A stretch of 64,000 nt of DNA from contig CM068743.1 in the NCBI GenBank assembly GCA_035084275.1, forward strand, positions 115,506,001 to 115,570,000. Reading direction: 5' to 3'. Shown in pieces: positions 11,997 to 24,135 of this stretch. How positions within the stretch are numbered: position 1 is the first letter of the stretch; every line of letters starts with the position of its first letter. This stretch comes from Hydrolagus colliei. Lineage: Eukaryota. Under the pieces are notes generated by a model, which saw only the letters and a program-made list of their open reading frames with translations, ran no database searches and was not told the DNA's origin. Made by a program: the position numbers and the translations under genes.

Positions 11997-13329
11997 GGAA
12001 CCTGGACATCTTGTTTGAGCCCGAACTGTCCTTTCTCCCCCCTATCCATGCCATAACCAGCACCGCCTTCCACCACCTCCCCCGTCTCCACCATTCACTC
12101 CTCACTCCTCAGGCTACTGAAACCCTTACACACGTTTGGCTCCTCAAGGCTCAACTACGGCAACTCCATTCTTGTTGGCCTCCCCAACTCTTCCCTCCAC
12201 AAGCTGCAAATCAGCCAAAACTGCAGCTTGTGTCCTCTCCCACACTCATCACCCCCACAATTGATCCCCTATCAACCTGTCCGCTCCCTCTGTTCAGCAG
12301 GCTCCGGCCTGCTCCATATATCTTGCCCGACCCACTCTACAATCCCCTTTGCCTTTCTCACTCTCTTGCCTCCTTCAAAGCCTTCCTTTTTGACCATGCT
12401 TTCAGCTGCCATCCTAGAACATAAAAACATAAGAATTAGGAGCAGGAGTAGGCCATTCGGCCCCGCGAGCCTACCCCGCCATTCAATAAGATCAGGGCTG
12501 ATCTTCTAATCTAACTCCATTTACCCGCCTTATCCCCATATCCCTTAATCCCTTTATCCATAAGAAATCTATCAATCTCAGTCCTGAATATGTTCAAGGG
12601 CTAAGCATCTACAGCCTTTTGAGGTAGAGAATTCCATAAATTCACTACCCTCTGAGTGAAGAAGTTTTTCCTCAACTCAGTACGAAAAGGCTGACCCCTA
12701 ATCTTGACTATGATCCCTAGTTATAGTTTTTCCAACCAGGGGAAACAGTCTCCCACTGTCTACTCTGTCATGCGCTTTAATAATCTTATAGGTTTCTGTA
12801 AAATCACCTCCAATTCTTCTATATTCTTGAGATTATAGGCCTAAATTACTCAACCAATCCTCATAGCTCAAGCCCCTCATCCCAGGAACCAACCTAGTCC
12901 CCTAAGGCGAGTATATCCTTTCTTAAATAAGGAGACCAAAACTGCACAAAATACTCTAGGTGTGGTCTCACCAGGGCCCTATACAGTTGCAGCAAGACTT
13001 CCCTACTCTTATATTCTAACACTTTTGTAATGAACGCCAACATACCGTTAGCCTTCCTAGTTACTTGCTGTACCTGCAAACTAACTTTTTGTAACTGATG
13101 TACAAGGCCACCCAAGTCCCTCTGAATGCTGACACTATCTAGTCTCTCCCCTTTTAGAAAATAATCCGCTTTTCTGTTTTTACTACCTACTTCTACTTCG
13201 CTGCCCTCCCTCATCCCACACCTCCTCAACCCTGCAAAGCTCAGGTCCTGACCCCTGACTGTTCAGCGCCTTGGGACGTCCTTCAGACGTGAAAGGCACT
13301 GTACAAATGTAATTTTGTTGTTGTTGTTG
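11997..13329 (+). mobile_element. L2 LINE 3' fragment split by a CR1 insertion (parts ~11997-12416 and 13186-13329)
   Basis: NLDILFEPELSFLPPIHAITSTAFHHL is a decayed L2 ORF2 motif; tail gggacgtcc...gtgaaaggcactgtacaaatgtaatttt(gtt)n. Confidence 0.85.
12417..13185 (-). mobile_element. CR1 LINE 3' fragment (ORF2 C-terminus plus 3' UTR, internally deleted)
   Basis: QRDLGGLVH...RKANGMLAFITKVLEYKSREVLLQLYRALVRPHLEYFVQFWSPYLRKDILAL is a CR1 ORF2 signature; tail gccgaatggcctactcctgctcctaattcttatg; possible CCTA duplication. Confidence 0.92.
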
Positions 13330-13389
13330 CTGAAAGTGAGTATTCTCTTCCCCCAGCCGTACTTCTGGCTTCAATCTAACTCTTGTTGC

Positions 13390-13636
13390 AGGTCAGGGCG
13401 AAACCTTGGGCAAGTTTCCGTACTCCACATACTTAATAATAATCCCTTCAAAAAAAATTGGCCACTTCAATCCACGACTGTTTGTGATACACTGCTGTGC
13501 ACAATTGGCTGCCACATTTCGCCAAAAAATATACAGTCAATTCACTTTACAGTATATTCTGTGAAGCATTTTGAGATGTTGAGAAGATGTGAAAAGCGCT
13601 ACCTCAAATGCCAGGAGTATTATTATTATTATTATT
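13390..13636 (+). mobile_element. SINE family A, 5'-truncated
   Basis: cagggcgaaaccttgggcaagtttcc...cagtcaattcactttacagtatattctgtgaagc...(att)n. Confidence 0.85.
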
Positions 13637-14374
13637 TTATTTTTCTGTGCTCTTTCCTCTGCTCCCCTGATTTGGGATGATCTTCCCCAACAAAATACAT
13701 ACAGCCATATGATTTCAGGGTACATCCGGTGAAGCACTTTGAGACACCTTGATGATGTGATAAAGCATTAAATCAAATTCAAAGATTGTCATCTTTCTTC
13801 ATTTCACTACCCATGCACTTACTGCATATATTTAAGTTAACATGAGCTCATGTGGTATGGCATTGAGTCAAATCTGCAGCCTACTCCTTCAATTATGTGG
13901 ACAATAGAGGAAGGGGTTTCACAATGTTATTACTTTACCTGCAACTTCTCTACAGTGTTGAAAAGTGATGTTATGCCAGAAACTGATACCCACCAGGGAG
14001 TACTTTAAAGACTAGTCATCTCCCAAAACCTTTTTCAGTATGACTGTTCCTTGCAATGTTCAGTATCAGAAATAAAATTGATTATCTGACAGCTCAGTTT
14101 GTGAAATGCCACAGTTGTATTATTTCAATGTGTGTCAAATTCTTGACTTCTTATTCACTACAGTACTGACATCCAAAATATTAGGAATAATCATCTGAAA
14201 TACATGCAGGACTAGAGAGAATCAAATGCAAGGATTTAACATGTTTAGTTAATCTGATAGACCATCGTGCTACAGAGCAATCTGATAAGTATCGCTTAGA
14301 ATTACGTGACTGCTTGTTTGTTATTATCTAAACATTGAAACTCAATGGGACTGGGTGACATAATAGATTAGAAC

Positions 14375-14598
14375 AGTGCCCTTTCACCTTTCAGAGCTAG
14401 ATTTGAGCTCAATCCAGACTCCCGGGATGAATGTCTCTTCTCTTTCTCTATGATGACTGTTAAACGTTCTAGTGAAATGAATTTGACCAGCATAGACCCA
14501 GTCCCAGTGCCTGCACATCCTTGACACAAACCATCCCAGCTTTTGACATTAATTGGCACTAATAGGACAATTTTACTCAGAGAGACCACAAGGATGCT
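14375..14598 (+). mobile_element. LF-SINE-like ancient SINE relic
   Basis: Ordered motifs cctttcacct, aatccag, gtgaaatga, ccagtcccagtg, cacaaacca, aattggcactaat, ctcagagagaccacaagga are colinear with the LF-SINE consensus as I recall it. Confidence 0.6.
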
Positions 14599-16929
14599 GG
14601 CATGTCTGACCATTGGAAATGTCATGTTGCTGGGATGCTATTTTTGATTTCTATTTTATAGTCTTCAATATAAATATTGTCAACAATGGTATTTGAGGCT
14701 TTAGTTTGAGTCAAAAGCGATTACTGCTATGCTGATTAAATTTTTTTTTAAAAAGGAGCTAGATAAATATCTGGATAAGAACAGGATTTTATAACCATAG
14801 ACGGACAAACAATCAAATACTCTGTGGCACAATATAGTTTTTTATGCTGCTAGGGCCAAAGCAATGTCATCTATGAAATACATCCACCAACAATTGAGTA
14901 TTTTATGATAGCAATGTTTGACTGATCACTCAGAAGGTTAATATTTTTTATTGACAACAGGAGAATTTCAGTATTGTGAAATTAACAATCTTCATAGTAC
15001 AGTATTACCCATAGTCAATTATCACTATGATATATATATATTTATGAACATATATAACATTCATAATGGGTTAAATTATATGTGGTATAAAAGGGATAGC
15101 TTTATAGGCTAAATTAGTTTTCTTGTTCTATAATAACTGAAATCACATTATTAACCCAGCATGAAAGAGTTGTGAGCTCTATCTATGCAGTACCTGATTT
15201 TGATATGTTTGATGGGGTCACTGAGTGGAAAGAATAAGAAGTGTTTGATTGAAACATAATCCTTGCATTTGATATAGCACCTATTAGATTGATACATCTT
15301 AAACAGGTAATTGTTATAAGTGAGGTCACTATGTATTTGTAGGCAAATGCAGCACTCAATTTGCATACGGCAATGACTCGTTTTCAACCCCATTGGGTGG
15401 GATAGTTACAATTTCAGAAACATCTAAACACAATATGACATGGTGTTTAATTAATAGTTATGAATTACAATTTAATTCAACAGTTTTAAAATTCAGGTTA
15501 ATGTAGTGAAATAAATTTGCCTAAGGATTCTCCATTTGACACATTGCTTTTCTCCTGTTAAATTCACAAGATCACAAGAGAGTTTCAGATGAAGAAGGCC
15601 CTTTGGCCCTATTTGATCTAATTCTTCCAGAATACCCACCTTACCATCTTCCCATCACAGCATCAAACATTCATTCAATGAATCCATTTCAATAGCCCAT
15701 TCCTACTTTCCTCATACCTTTCTGAATTCAATTGGTACTTTCATAAAGTAACGTTCAAAGTTGTCATTTAGCTGGTCCAATCTTTTTTTAAAATATAGAA
15801 TTTGTTCTGCTCGTTCATTGTAGGTGCTGCATTTCTGACTATTGTAAGTAACTTAAAAGAATAATTTGCACTCATCCATGTACCTCTGTATAAGAAACCA
15901 ATGATATTGATGTCAAATGCTCTGACTCTAGTTAAATAGAAATGGGGAAGAAGAGAAAGTGTTGTTCTTTCAATCAGTTATTTTTTGATTCTCATTCAAG
16001 TGATGTCAATATGTTAAGTTTTCCAGATAAGTTTGAGTTACTGATTTAATTCACACTACGTTAGAAACAGGAGGAAGGAGATTATTCTCCTTAGTCAAAT
16101 TAATGGAATCTACAGAATTAGTGACCTGAACTCTCTCAGCTTTGCCTGATCAGTATTGGAAGCGGAAGAAAAAATTCTTATCTTCTAATGTAAGTATCTT
16201 CAGGTGCCTCAGAAGAATAGGAAAAAATACATTTGTCTTCATCTGTTATCTTCAGGTGAGTTCACTGCTTCACCAGAGGTATGGTGATGGGAGAAAATCA
16301 ATGGGAAATAATAAAACAAAAAGATCTACATATAGAGTATTGGTCATTGCATTTCAGTAATAGTAAAGTTGTAAACCATTGTAATACACTTTTGACAGAG
16401 CCTCCAGTCACCTCCCCACAATCTCCCTACTTCCTAGCTTGCTTAGCTTTTCACTCAGCTCTGTGAGCACTTTGGGATGTTTGCATATGTGAAAGCCACT
16501 ATTTTTGTAGTACCAGGAAAGTAGTAAAGGAACAGCTGTCTATTGTATTATTCTGAGACTTACCTCAAGATTTATTATATTATATTAGCAGAAATGACTG
16601 ATTCTCTGCCAGTCAATAATATTTTAATCCAATACCTAAAAGAACAAACAGCCAACAAAAATGTGTCAATTTGCACTGAAAGCTGCTCCATCAACAAAAT
16701 TGTGGCTTTCTGAGACCTGTGAATTTAGACACAAACCTAATGCTATTATGGAATTTTTACCTCACTTCCCAAGTGAGAGACCAGAATAATTAAGAAGAAT
16801 AAGCTATTGATGTATTGGGCCATATGTGCATGAGTTTAATGAATACTGTATTGTGAAGTTGAACAGCCAACTCAGTGCAAAGGCCTTATGGTTTCCTTAT
16901 AGAATCTCTGTTTGCCATCAATTCCAAAT

Positions 16930-17315
16930 AGTAATATGTGCATTTGAAAAACCTTCTTATCACTTCAAATTGTATCACTCTTCTTCAGAGTTGCTCTATA
17001 AAACATTGTGACTTTATTTATAAGCAAACACAGCAGACAATTTGCAAACAGCAATATCCCACAAACAGCCAGGAATTGAATGATCAATTTTCTAATCTCA
17101 GGCAATTATTGGCCAGCACTGGGATAAACTTCTCTTGCAAAATAGTACTGTACCATGAAATCATTAATATCCACCTGAATAGGCAGACGGAACCTCAGTT
17201 TAATGTCGCATCCAAACAATGGCAACACTGACAATGCTCCACGGCCTCAGCATTTAATTGGAGTATTGGCCTAAACAGTGAGCTCAAAGCCCTGATGTGG
17301 AACTTGACTGGTGAG
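16930..17315 (-). mobile_element. Deu-domain SINE relic
   Basis: ccacctgaataggcagacggaacctcagtttaatgtcgcatccaaac matches the Deu core in antisense. Confidence 0.78.
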
Positions 17316-17395
17316 GGCCATTTGTGCACCTCAAAACTTTGCCGGTTCCATATCCTCCACTGGAGGCAACCCAATTCACCATTAATTCCCTGAAC

Positions 17396-17741
17396 TAGGG
17401 TCCGGCGATATGGAAAATTTCCGATATCGATATATCGGTTTGCCCATATCGATATACACCAATATAGCGGGGGGGTTTTGTCCTGCACATGCGCGCGCAA
17501 TCCAGTGTGCACGCGCATTCGGATATTGACAAGATAAGTTGAAAAAGTCCGCATTATACCGATATATACCGATATATCGATATATCGCCGGACATGATAT
17601 ATCGATATTTGCGATATATCTATTTTTTTCCAATATATCAAATTTTGCGATATATCGATACATTTTAAATTCCGATATCGGCAAATAGATATGAAAATTA
17701 TATCGGATATAACCGATATATCAATATATCGCTGGACCCTA
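17396..17741. mobile_element. hAT-type MITE, copy 1 (346 bp)
   Basis: 16-bp TIR TAGGGTCCGGCGATAT (1 mismatch). Perfect 8-bp TSD CCCTGAAC at 17388-17395 and 17742-17749. Many CGATAT/ATATCG motifs. Confidence 0.93.
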
Positions 17742-17921
17742 CCCTGAACCATTTTAGATTTGTTTTCTTTAACCGTTTATCCAAATGCAAAGGTTCTGTA
17801 ATGCACATATGATAACTTTTAACTTGTAAAAGTCAGATAGAATCATTTGAGGACTTTTTGATTCTACTCAGATTCAAATGAGTATTTATTCCAATGTTGA
17901 TTCTTTAACATATACTGTAAT

Positions 17922-18119
17922 GCCTAATAATAATCCGTCCATAAAAACCACAATAATAAAATTGGTCATTTCATTCCACGATGTGTGTGGGACACTGCTG
18001 GGCGCAATTGGCTGCCACATTTCACCCACAAATATACAATCAATTCACTTTACAGTAAATTCTGTGAAGCGCTTTGGGACATTGATTAAATGTAAAAATG
18101 CAAGGATTATTATTATTAT
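17922..18119 (+). mobile_element. SINE family A, 5'-truncated
   Basis: gggacactgctgggcgcaattggctgccacatttc...aatgcaaggattattattatta. Confidence 0.85.
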
Positions 18120-19394
18120 ATGATGTAGTGAGCAATAATTTCCAAATGTAGATGTTTCACTGCATCTAACATGTGATATGACCCACAACCTATTGTTAAC
18201 CCCTGAAAAGATGCTTGTGTTCTATGTTCATAGAAAATTTGTGATTGACTAATTTAAAGCACCACTTTTCATATACATATGTGATCTGTTTTTTGATACA
18301 CTAAAGTGTAAAGTGATTCAAATAACAACAGCTTAATGAGGAGAGGGAGTGGGTGGGGAGAGAAATATTTGAAAATACTACAAAAAATCAGTTTGGGATT
18401 TTATCGCAGTCTTTTGCCAAATAATTTTTTTTATTTTCAATTCTGTCAATGGTAAATGTATTTAATTCCACTAGAAATTATAGATCTGAATATGGTATCC
18501 TGCATTTGGTTAAATTTACCAGTGATCTTTTGGAGATTAATTTAAAAAATCTAATCCTAATCCTCTACAGATGGCAGAATTATTGTTCAGATTTTAGCAT
18601 TTCAGATACAGTAAAGTTTATTTTAGACTTCTATTTAGTGCTGTCTCTTAACTACTGTTCATGACATTCCGGATGACAGAGAGAATATAAATGTTAAGTG
18701 CGTTGGCAGGAAATTAAGTATGGCCACAATCATTCCGCGTCTACACAGTGATGCTTATTAGCTGGCTGCGGTGATCTTGCTGAGTTCAGCAGGGGAGGGA
18801 TATCTTCTTGGTCTGATTTGTCATGGTTTGTTTAAATATTTTTGTGATGTTGAGGGTAGAATTTTAATTCACCAATCATGCATAAATCTGGCCCCAATAA
18901 TAAATTCAATATCACTTGAATTCCGCCACATACACAGGAAGGTTGTTGCCAGACTTAAGTTCCACCAATGTGGAAGATTTTGAAAGTAGAAAAGCAATAT
19001 CAAACTTTTCTAAGTACTGTAGTACTTACTTCAATCAAGGCTCCTCAACCAGTTTATGCAAACTGCTGTTTATACAAACTGATGTTTAATATTAAAACAA
19101 ACAAGAAGTTGAGGATAAAGGCAGACTCCTAGAGATATCTATAATGAAGCTGTCTTCTAAGATGTCATTATTGATTTATTATAATTAATAAAATCCTTGC
19201 ATTTAACATAGCACCTTTTACATCAGGAAGACATTTCAAAGCGCTTCAAAAGGGGCTCTATAGATGCAATCTTGTTGTTGTTGTTGTTGCATCCCACAAA
19301 TATACAGTCAATTCACTTTACAGTATATTCTGTAAAGCGCTTCGAGACATCTAGAAGATGTGAAAAGCATTATACCAAATGCAAGGATTATTAT

Positions 19395-19630
19395 TAAATA
19401 TAATAAATGCAGTGACTGTGCATTTTTCAGGCAGACACAGCAGCCAAACATTGCAAAGACCTTCAAACAGCCATGAAGTGAACAAGCAACTTTATTTGGG
19501 GAAATTGTCAACCAGGACCAGGGAAAAACTCCATTCACTTTTTGACTAGTGCCATGGGATCTTTAATGTTCACCTGAACGGACAGAAGGAACCATGTTTT
19601 AACATCTCACCTGAAGGATGACATTTCAGC
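19395..19630 (-). mobile_element. Deu-domain SINE relic
   Basis: agtgccatgggatctttaatgttcacctgaacggacag...tttaacatctcacctgaaggatg. Confidence 0.78.
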
Positions 19631-20179
19631 ATCTGGTGGATTCTACATGAAGGAAATGTTTTCTGCCATTGCACCATTTCATTATTTTTATCAAACTTTA
19701 ATAAATAGCTGTTATTATATAATATTAATATCACTTTACAGTATATTCTGTGAAACACTTTGAGACGTATCAATGACGTGATAAGGCACAAGGAAATGCA
19801 AGGATTATTATTACTAAGCCTGTTCCGTCCATTTTTCAATCCATCTGTAAATGACACAAATAACAAATGTTAGTCATTCACACAAATGCATACAATTTGA
19901 TGAGGGGTTGCATCTGCCTACAAAATTCACAGTTAATACACTTGAATGACACAATAAGGATTATCCTTGCCTATCAAATGTAAGGATTATCATCATTTAT
20001 AGAACATCCTGTAATTTTCTCTCAATGTGAAAAGTGTTATGTCAAATATAAGGATTTATTAATATTATTTTAAAGATTCAGATCCTTGAGAAATCAAATG
20101 GCAAAAGCAATAAAATAATCAAGTATTTACAATACTGTACAATCTTGGGTTACTAGGTGGTAGCGTGAATTAGAATTTC

Positions 20180-20392
20180 GTCATTTCACCTGAAGAAATT
20201 AGGTTTGAATTCAGCCCAGAATTCATGCTGCATGAGAAAAGTTAGATTATTCTCTCTTTCACTTCTCTTTCTCTGTTGACTTTAACGGTTTTATGTGCAA
20301 TTAGTTTGCACAAAGTCAACCCAATTCCTAGTAGCCCACAAGGCAAAACTGCCCACAATCTGTCACAAATTGGCAGTAAACCTGCAATATCT
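20180..20392 (+). mobile_element. Second LF-SINE-like relic
   Basis: tttcacct, ggtttgaattcagcccag, tatgtgcaat, ccaattcctagt, caaaactgcccacaat, aaattggca; colinear with the copy at 14375. Confidence 0.55.
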
Positions 20393-20639
20393 GACGTGGG
20401 AGTGGTTGATGCTGACACTGAGTGTCTAAAATGGGGAAGGGTTACATTTACAGCTCCGACATCCCTCACCTTGATGATTCATCAAATTCATAATTAATAA
20501 AAGAGGTGTTGCATTGGAACAATTTTAGTAGTAACACCAAGTCAAAATTAAAAGGAGCCATTTATTTCTAGGTAGGCAGTAAAGCACACTGTATGAGCTA
20601 TTATGAACATCATCACAGCAGCACAATGTAATGATACTA

Positions 20640-20860
20640 TAAATAGGTTAGTAGCACTCTCACCTCTGTGTCAGAAGGTAATGGGACTTTGAACTCAAAG
20701 TTTTGGCTGACACACCAAAGCAGTGTTGTTTGAATGCTGCAATGTCTAAGGCATGTCTTTCAGATGAAACATGAAAGTGCTGTTCCTGTTTGCCTTCTCA
20801 GGTGGAACAAAGATCCCACCGAAAAAGTGGAGGAGCTTCTCTTAGTGATTGACCAATAAT
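20640..20860 (+). mobile_element. Deu-domain SINE 5' part, abutting a SINE A copy
   Basis: agcactctcacctctgtgtcagaagg...tctttcagatga...ctcaggtgga.caaagatccca. Confidence 0.7.
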
Positions 20861-21200
20861 GAGTCCTGTAGCTCAGTGTTTAGAACACTCACCCAGTAAG
20901 CAAGAGACCTGGGTTCAATTCCCAGCAGGGTAAAACCTTGGGTAAATTTCATCACTACACACTCCTGATACTAATCCCTCAAAAAAAATTGGTCGCTTCA
21001 ATCCACAACTGTATGTGGGACACTGCTGTGCACAATTGCCTACCATGTTTCAACAATAACAACAAATTGGATTTATATAGTGCCCTCCACGCCATTTCAT
21101 CCACAAATATACAGTCAATTCACTTTACAGTACATTCTATGAAGCGCTTTGGGGCGTCTCGAAGACGTGAAAAGCACTATATCAAATGCAAGGATTATTA
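20861..21200 (+). mobile_element. SINE family A, full-length, with a ~40-bp antisense L2 tail inserted at about 21051-21090
   Basis: Starts gagtcctgtagctcagt, B box gggttcaattcc, ends caaatgcaaggattatta; interrupted by caacaataacaacaaattggatttatatagtgcc. Confidence 0.88.
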
Positions 21201-21438
21201 CTGTATAACAATTCTTCAGATAAATTGATTGCTGACATTATAGATATTTCTCTGCGCAAATTTTCAGCTGCTGTGTCTGCAACTACACAAAATCTACATG
21301 TGCAGATGTTTGCAAGGCACATTTTCCTGAGATTGTTACATCCCTAATGCTGTGAAGGTCACAGATGCCAAATGCAGAAAGGTCACTTCTCCGGCCTATA
21401 TGTGGCAGGAAAGAGTGCTTCAACTACTCTACTTGGAT

Positions 21439-22030
21439 AACAACAACAAAATTGTTTTTATATAGTGCATTTCAAGTCAGGAGGACGTCCCAAGGCAATG
21501 GACAGTCAGTTTTTCAGACCCGAGCTGGGGTCGGGATCAAAGACGGTAGAGCGAAGGGAGCAAATAGGAGTGACCGATGGCACAGATGAAGAGGCAGGTT
21601 TTGAGGCGGGAATTGGAGGAGGCTAGGTAGGGGGCGAGGCAGGGGAGTAGTGAAAAATAGATATTAAAAAGGAGAGGGCAAAGGACAGAGTACTGGGGGA
21701 CACCAAACGTGACAGTGCGGGGGCTGAAGGAGAAGCCGTTAGTGGCACCTGTGAGATAGGTACGAATCAAACCAGGCAGACACAGTTCCACGAAGATTGA
21801 TCTGAGAGGAGAGGCAGTGTAAGAGGGTGGAGTGGTCGACGGTGTCAAAGGTGGCAGAGAGGTCGAGGAGGACAAGGTGGTCAGTTTCATTTTGGAGATG
21901 ATAGCGGTGAGGGAAGAGGGAGAGATAGGGTCAAAGGTGTATAGGGGAATGGGTGGGGGTTGGATCATGAGGGAGAGGTAATGAGGGTTAGCGGTGGATG
22001 GGATAGACAGGATAGACATGGCTGAACAGA
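21439..22030 (-). mobile_element. L2 LINE fragment with large internal deletions (RT remnant plus tail)
   Basis: Minus ORF contains TVTFGVPQYSVLCPLLFNIY (RT motif GVPQGSVLGPLLF); (caa)n tail at 21439. Confidence 0.88.
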
Positions 22031-22547
22031 TCGACAACAAAGGAAAGCACATTCCAGTGAGCCAAAGACATCACTTTGGGTGGCACACTTTTTATCTGAA
22101 CTCAAATCACCACAATTCCTTTGCCAGTTTTTTCAGGGTGGGAGAGAGATGGAACAAATTCAGAGTGACAGAGGAAAACAGAAAGATATAACTTTTCCTG
22201 TTGCTGCCTATGGTCCCCCAGGCTCAACATTGTGCTCCACCATTGTTAAGAGCTCTGGGACATTACCCTCTATGAGGGATACTATATAAATGCAAATTGT
22301 TGTTATATAAGCAATATGTTAATCCCATGAATCAGCACTCTGCTAGAAATATTCAGATTATAAGCATGTCATTTGTGTAATAGTCAAATTTGCAATTCTT
22401 TCCCAATCCTTTATTGGCTCTTGCTTCTGCTGGTATTTTCCTTCCTGGATTTATGAGAATAACACCCAAATCTACTCTCCCAGCTAGAGTAGATAGGACG
22501 CCCAGTCCGCTGATGTTTTGTCAGTTTTCCTTGTGCAAATTTCCTGC

Positions 22548-23379
22548 AGTTGAACCTTTGCAAGATAGAAGCCATACTCATTGGCTCCCATCAACATATT
22601 CCTTCCTGCGGGTCTGAACATCTAAACCTCCTCGGGCTCTTCCTCAGACTCACTGAACCCGTGTGCAATTTAGGTGTCAATTTCAATCACCAGCTTTCCT
22701 TTCTCCCCTTTATCTGTTCCTTGACCAGGACCGCTTTTTTCCATCTGCCACATTGCCCGTCTCCGTCCATACCCAAAGCAGACAAAACCTTCACCCTCGC
22801 CTTTGTCACTTCGGGCTGGACTTTTCAAATGCCTCCTTGCTGGTCTCCCCATTTCCACCATGCACAAGATTCAATTAATTTAAAACTTCACCCGCCGGAT
22901 ACTAACTGCATAAAACTCCATACCCCCATCACATCACTCCTTGCCAGGCTCCATTGGCTCCCAATTACCAAACAGTTCAACTTCAAGATCTCCTTACTCA
23001 TTTTCAAATCCCTTCATGAAACACGCACCTCCCTACCAATCCGATCTGCTTAACCCCTTTATGCCACCATCCACTGCCTCTGCTCAGCTGCTTCCGGCCT
23101 CCTGTTTGCCCATCGCCTACTCCGCTCCAACGTCAGCAGCTGTGTTTACAGCCACTATGCCACAAATTCTGGAACTGCTTCCCTCAATCCCTCCAATTTG
23201 CCCCTTCTCTACCCACATTCAAATCCCAACTAAAGATCTTTCTTTTTAATCATGCTGATGGTCACCTCTCCTGTCCATCTTCTCCTGGCTCAGAGTCAGA
23301 CTCCACCACTGTCAAGTGCTCTGGGACATGAAGGGCACTTTATAAATGCAAGTTCTTCTTGTTGTTGTTGTTGTTGTTG
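22548..23379 (+). mobile_element. L2 LINE 3' fragment
   Basis: NLCKIEAILIG...VCNLGVNFNHQLSFLP...HTPITSLLARLHWLPI...FKISLLIFKSLH; tail tataaatgcaag...(gtt)n. Confidence 0.9.
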
Positions 23380-23560
23380 AGTCTATGCAGGTTACAAGAT
23401 CCTGTCTCATTTGTAATTTACTTTAATGGGATCCCTTAATGAGGAATTTAATAATACTAATAATTTTTGCATTTGATAGACACCTTACCACATCATCAAG
23501 ACATCTCGAAGCACTTCACAGGACAAACTGTAAAGTGGACGCACTGTGCATTTAGTAAAA

Positions 23561-24135
23561 ATAATCCTTGCATTTGATATACTGCTTTTCATGTTTTCTA
23601 GACTTCTCAACACGCTTCACAGAACATAATGTAATACACAGAATATACTGTATTTTATCAGTGAACATCAACATCAAGTTGTACACGGCAATGTTCCACA
23701 AACAGCCATGGAGTGAATAACCAATTCTATTTGAAGGATTTATTGGCCAGGAGATACCAGGAGAAACTCCCTTCCTTTTTCAAATATTGTCATAGGTTCT
23801 TTAACATCTACCTGACAGGCAGATGGAACTTCGGTTTAACCTCTCTTTTGAAAGATGACAACAACAACTTTGATTTATATAGTGCCCTCCATGCCGGACG
23901 GCATCTCAGAGCGCTTCACAATAGCGGATCCCAGGACCGAGCCAGGGGCAGGGGTAGAAAGGTGACCAAAGTATGGTATCGCTGAATATGACACCTTTGA
24001 CAATGCAACACCCACCCCACCAACCCACCCCCATCCCAGTACTGCATTAGATTGTCATCATAGACTGTGTGATTACAACTCCTGACATGGGTTTGAACCT
24101 ACAAACTTCTGGATCAGAGATGTGAGAAGGCTGAC
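23561..24135 (-). mobile_element. Deu-domain SINE, near full-length, with an L2 tail inserted at 23861-23987
   Basis: Tail, Deu core and head (gggtttgaacctacaaacttctgg) are all visible; the insert is flanked by an ATGACA duplication (23855-23860 and 23988-23993). Confidence 0.82.

Noticed and set aside
17195-17752. 185-aa and 100-aa ORFs rich in I/D/Y/R; the repeat array superficially resembles a CRISPR or coding repeat
   Set aside because: They are translations of ATATCG arrays inside a TIR/TSD-bounded MITE. There is no regular repeat-spacer period, no cas genes, and the context is vertebrate.
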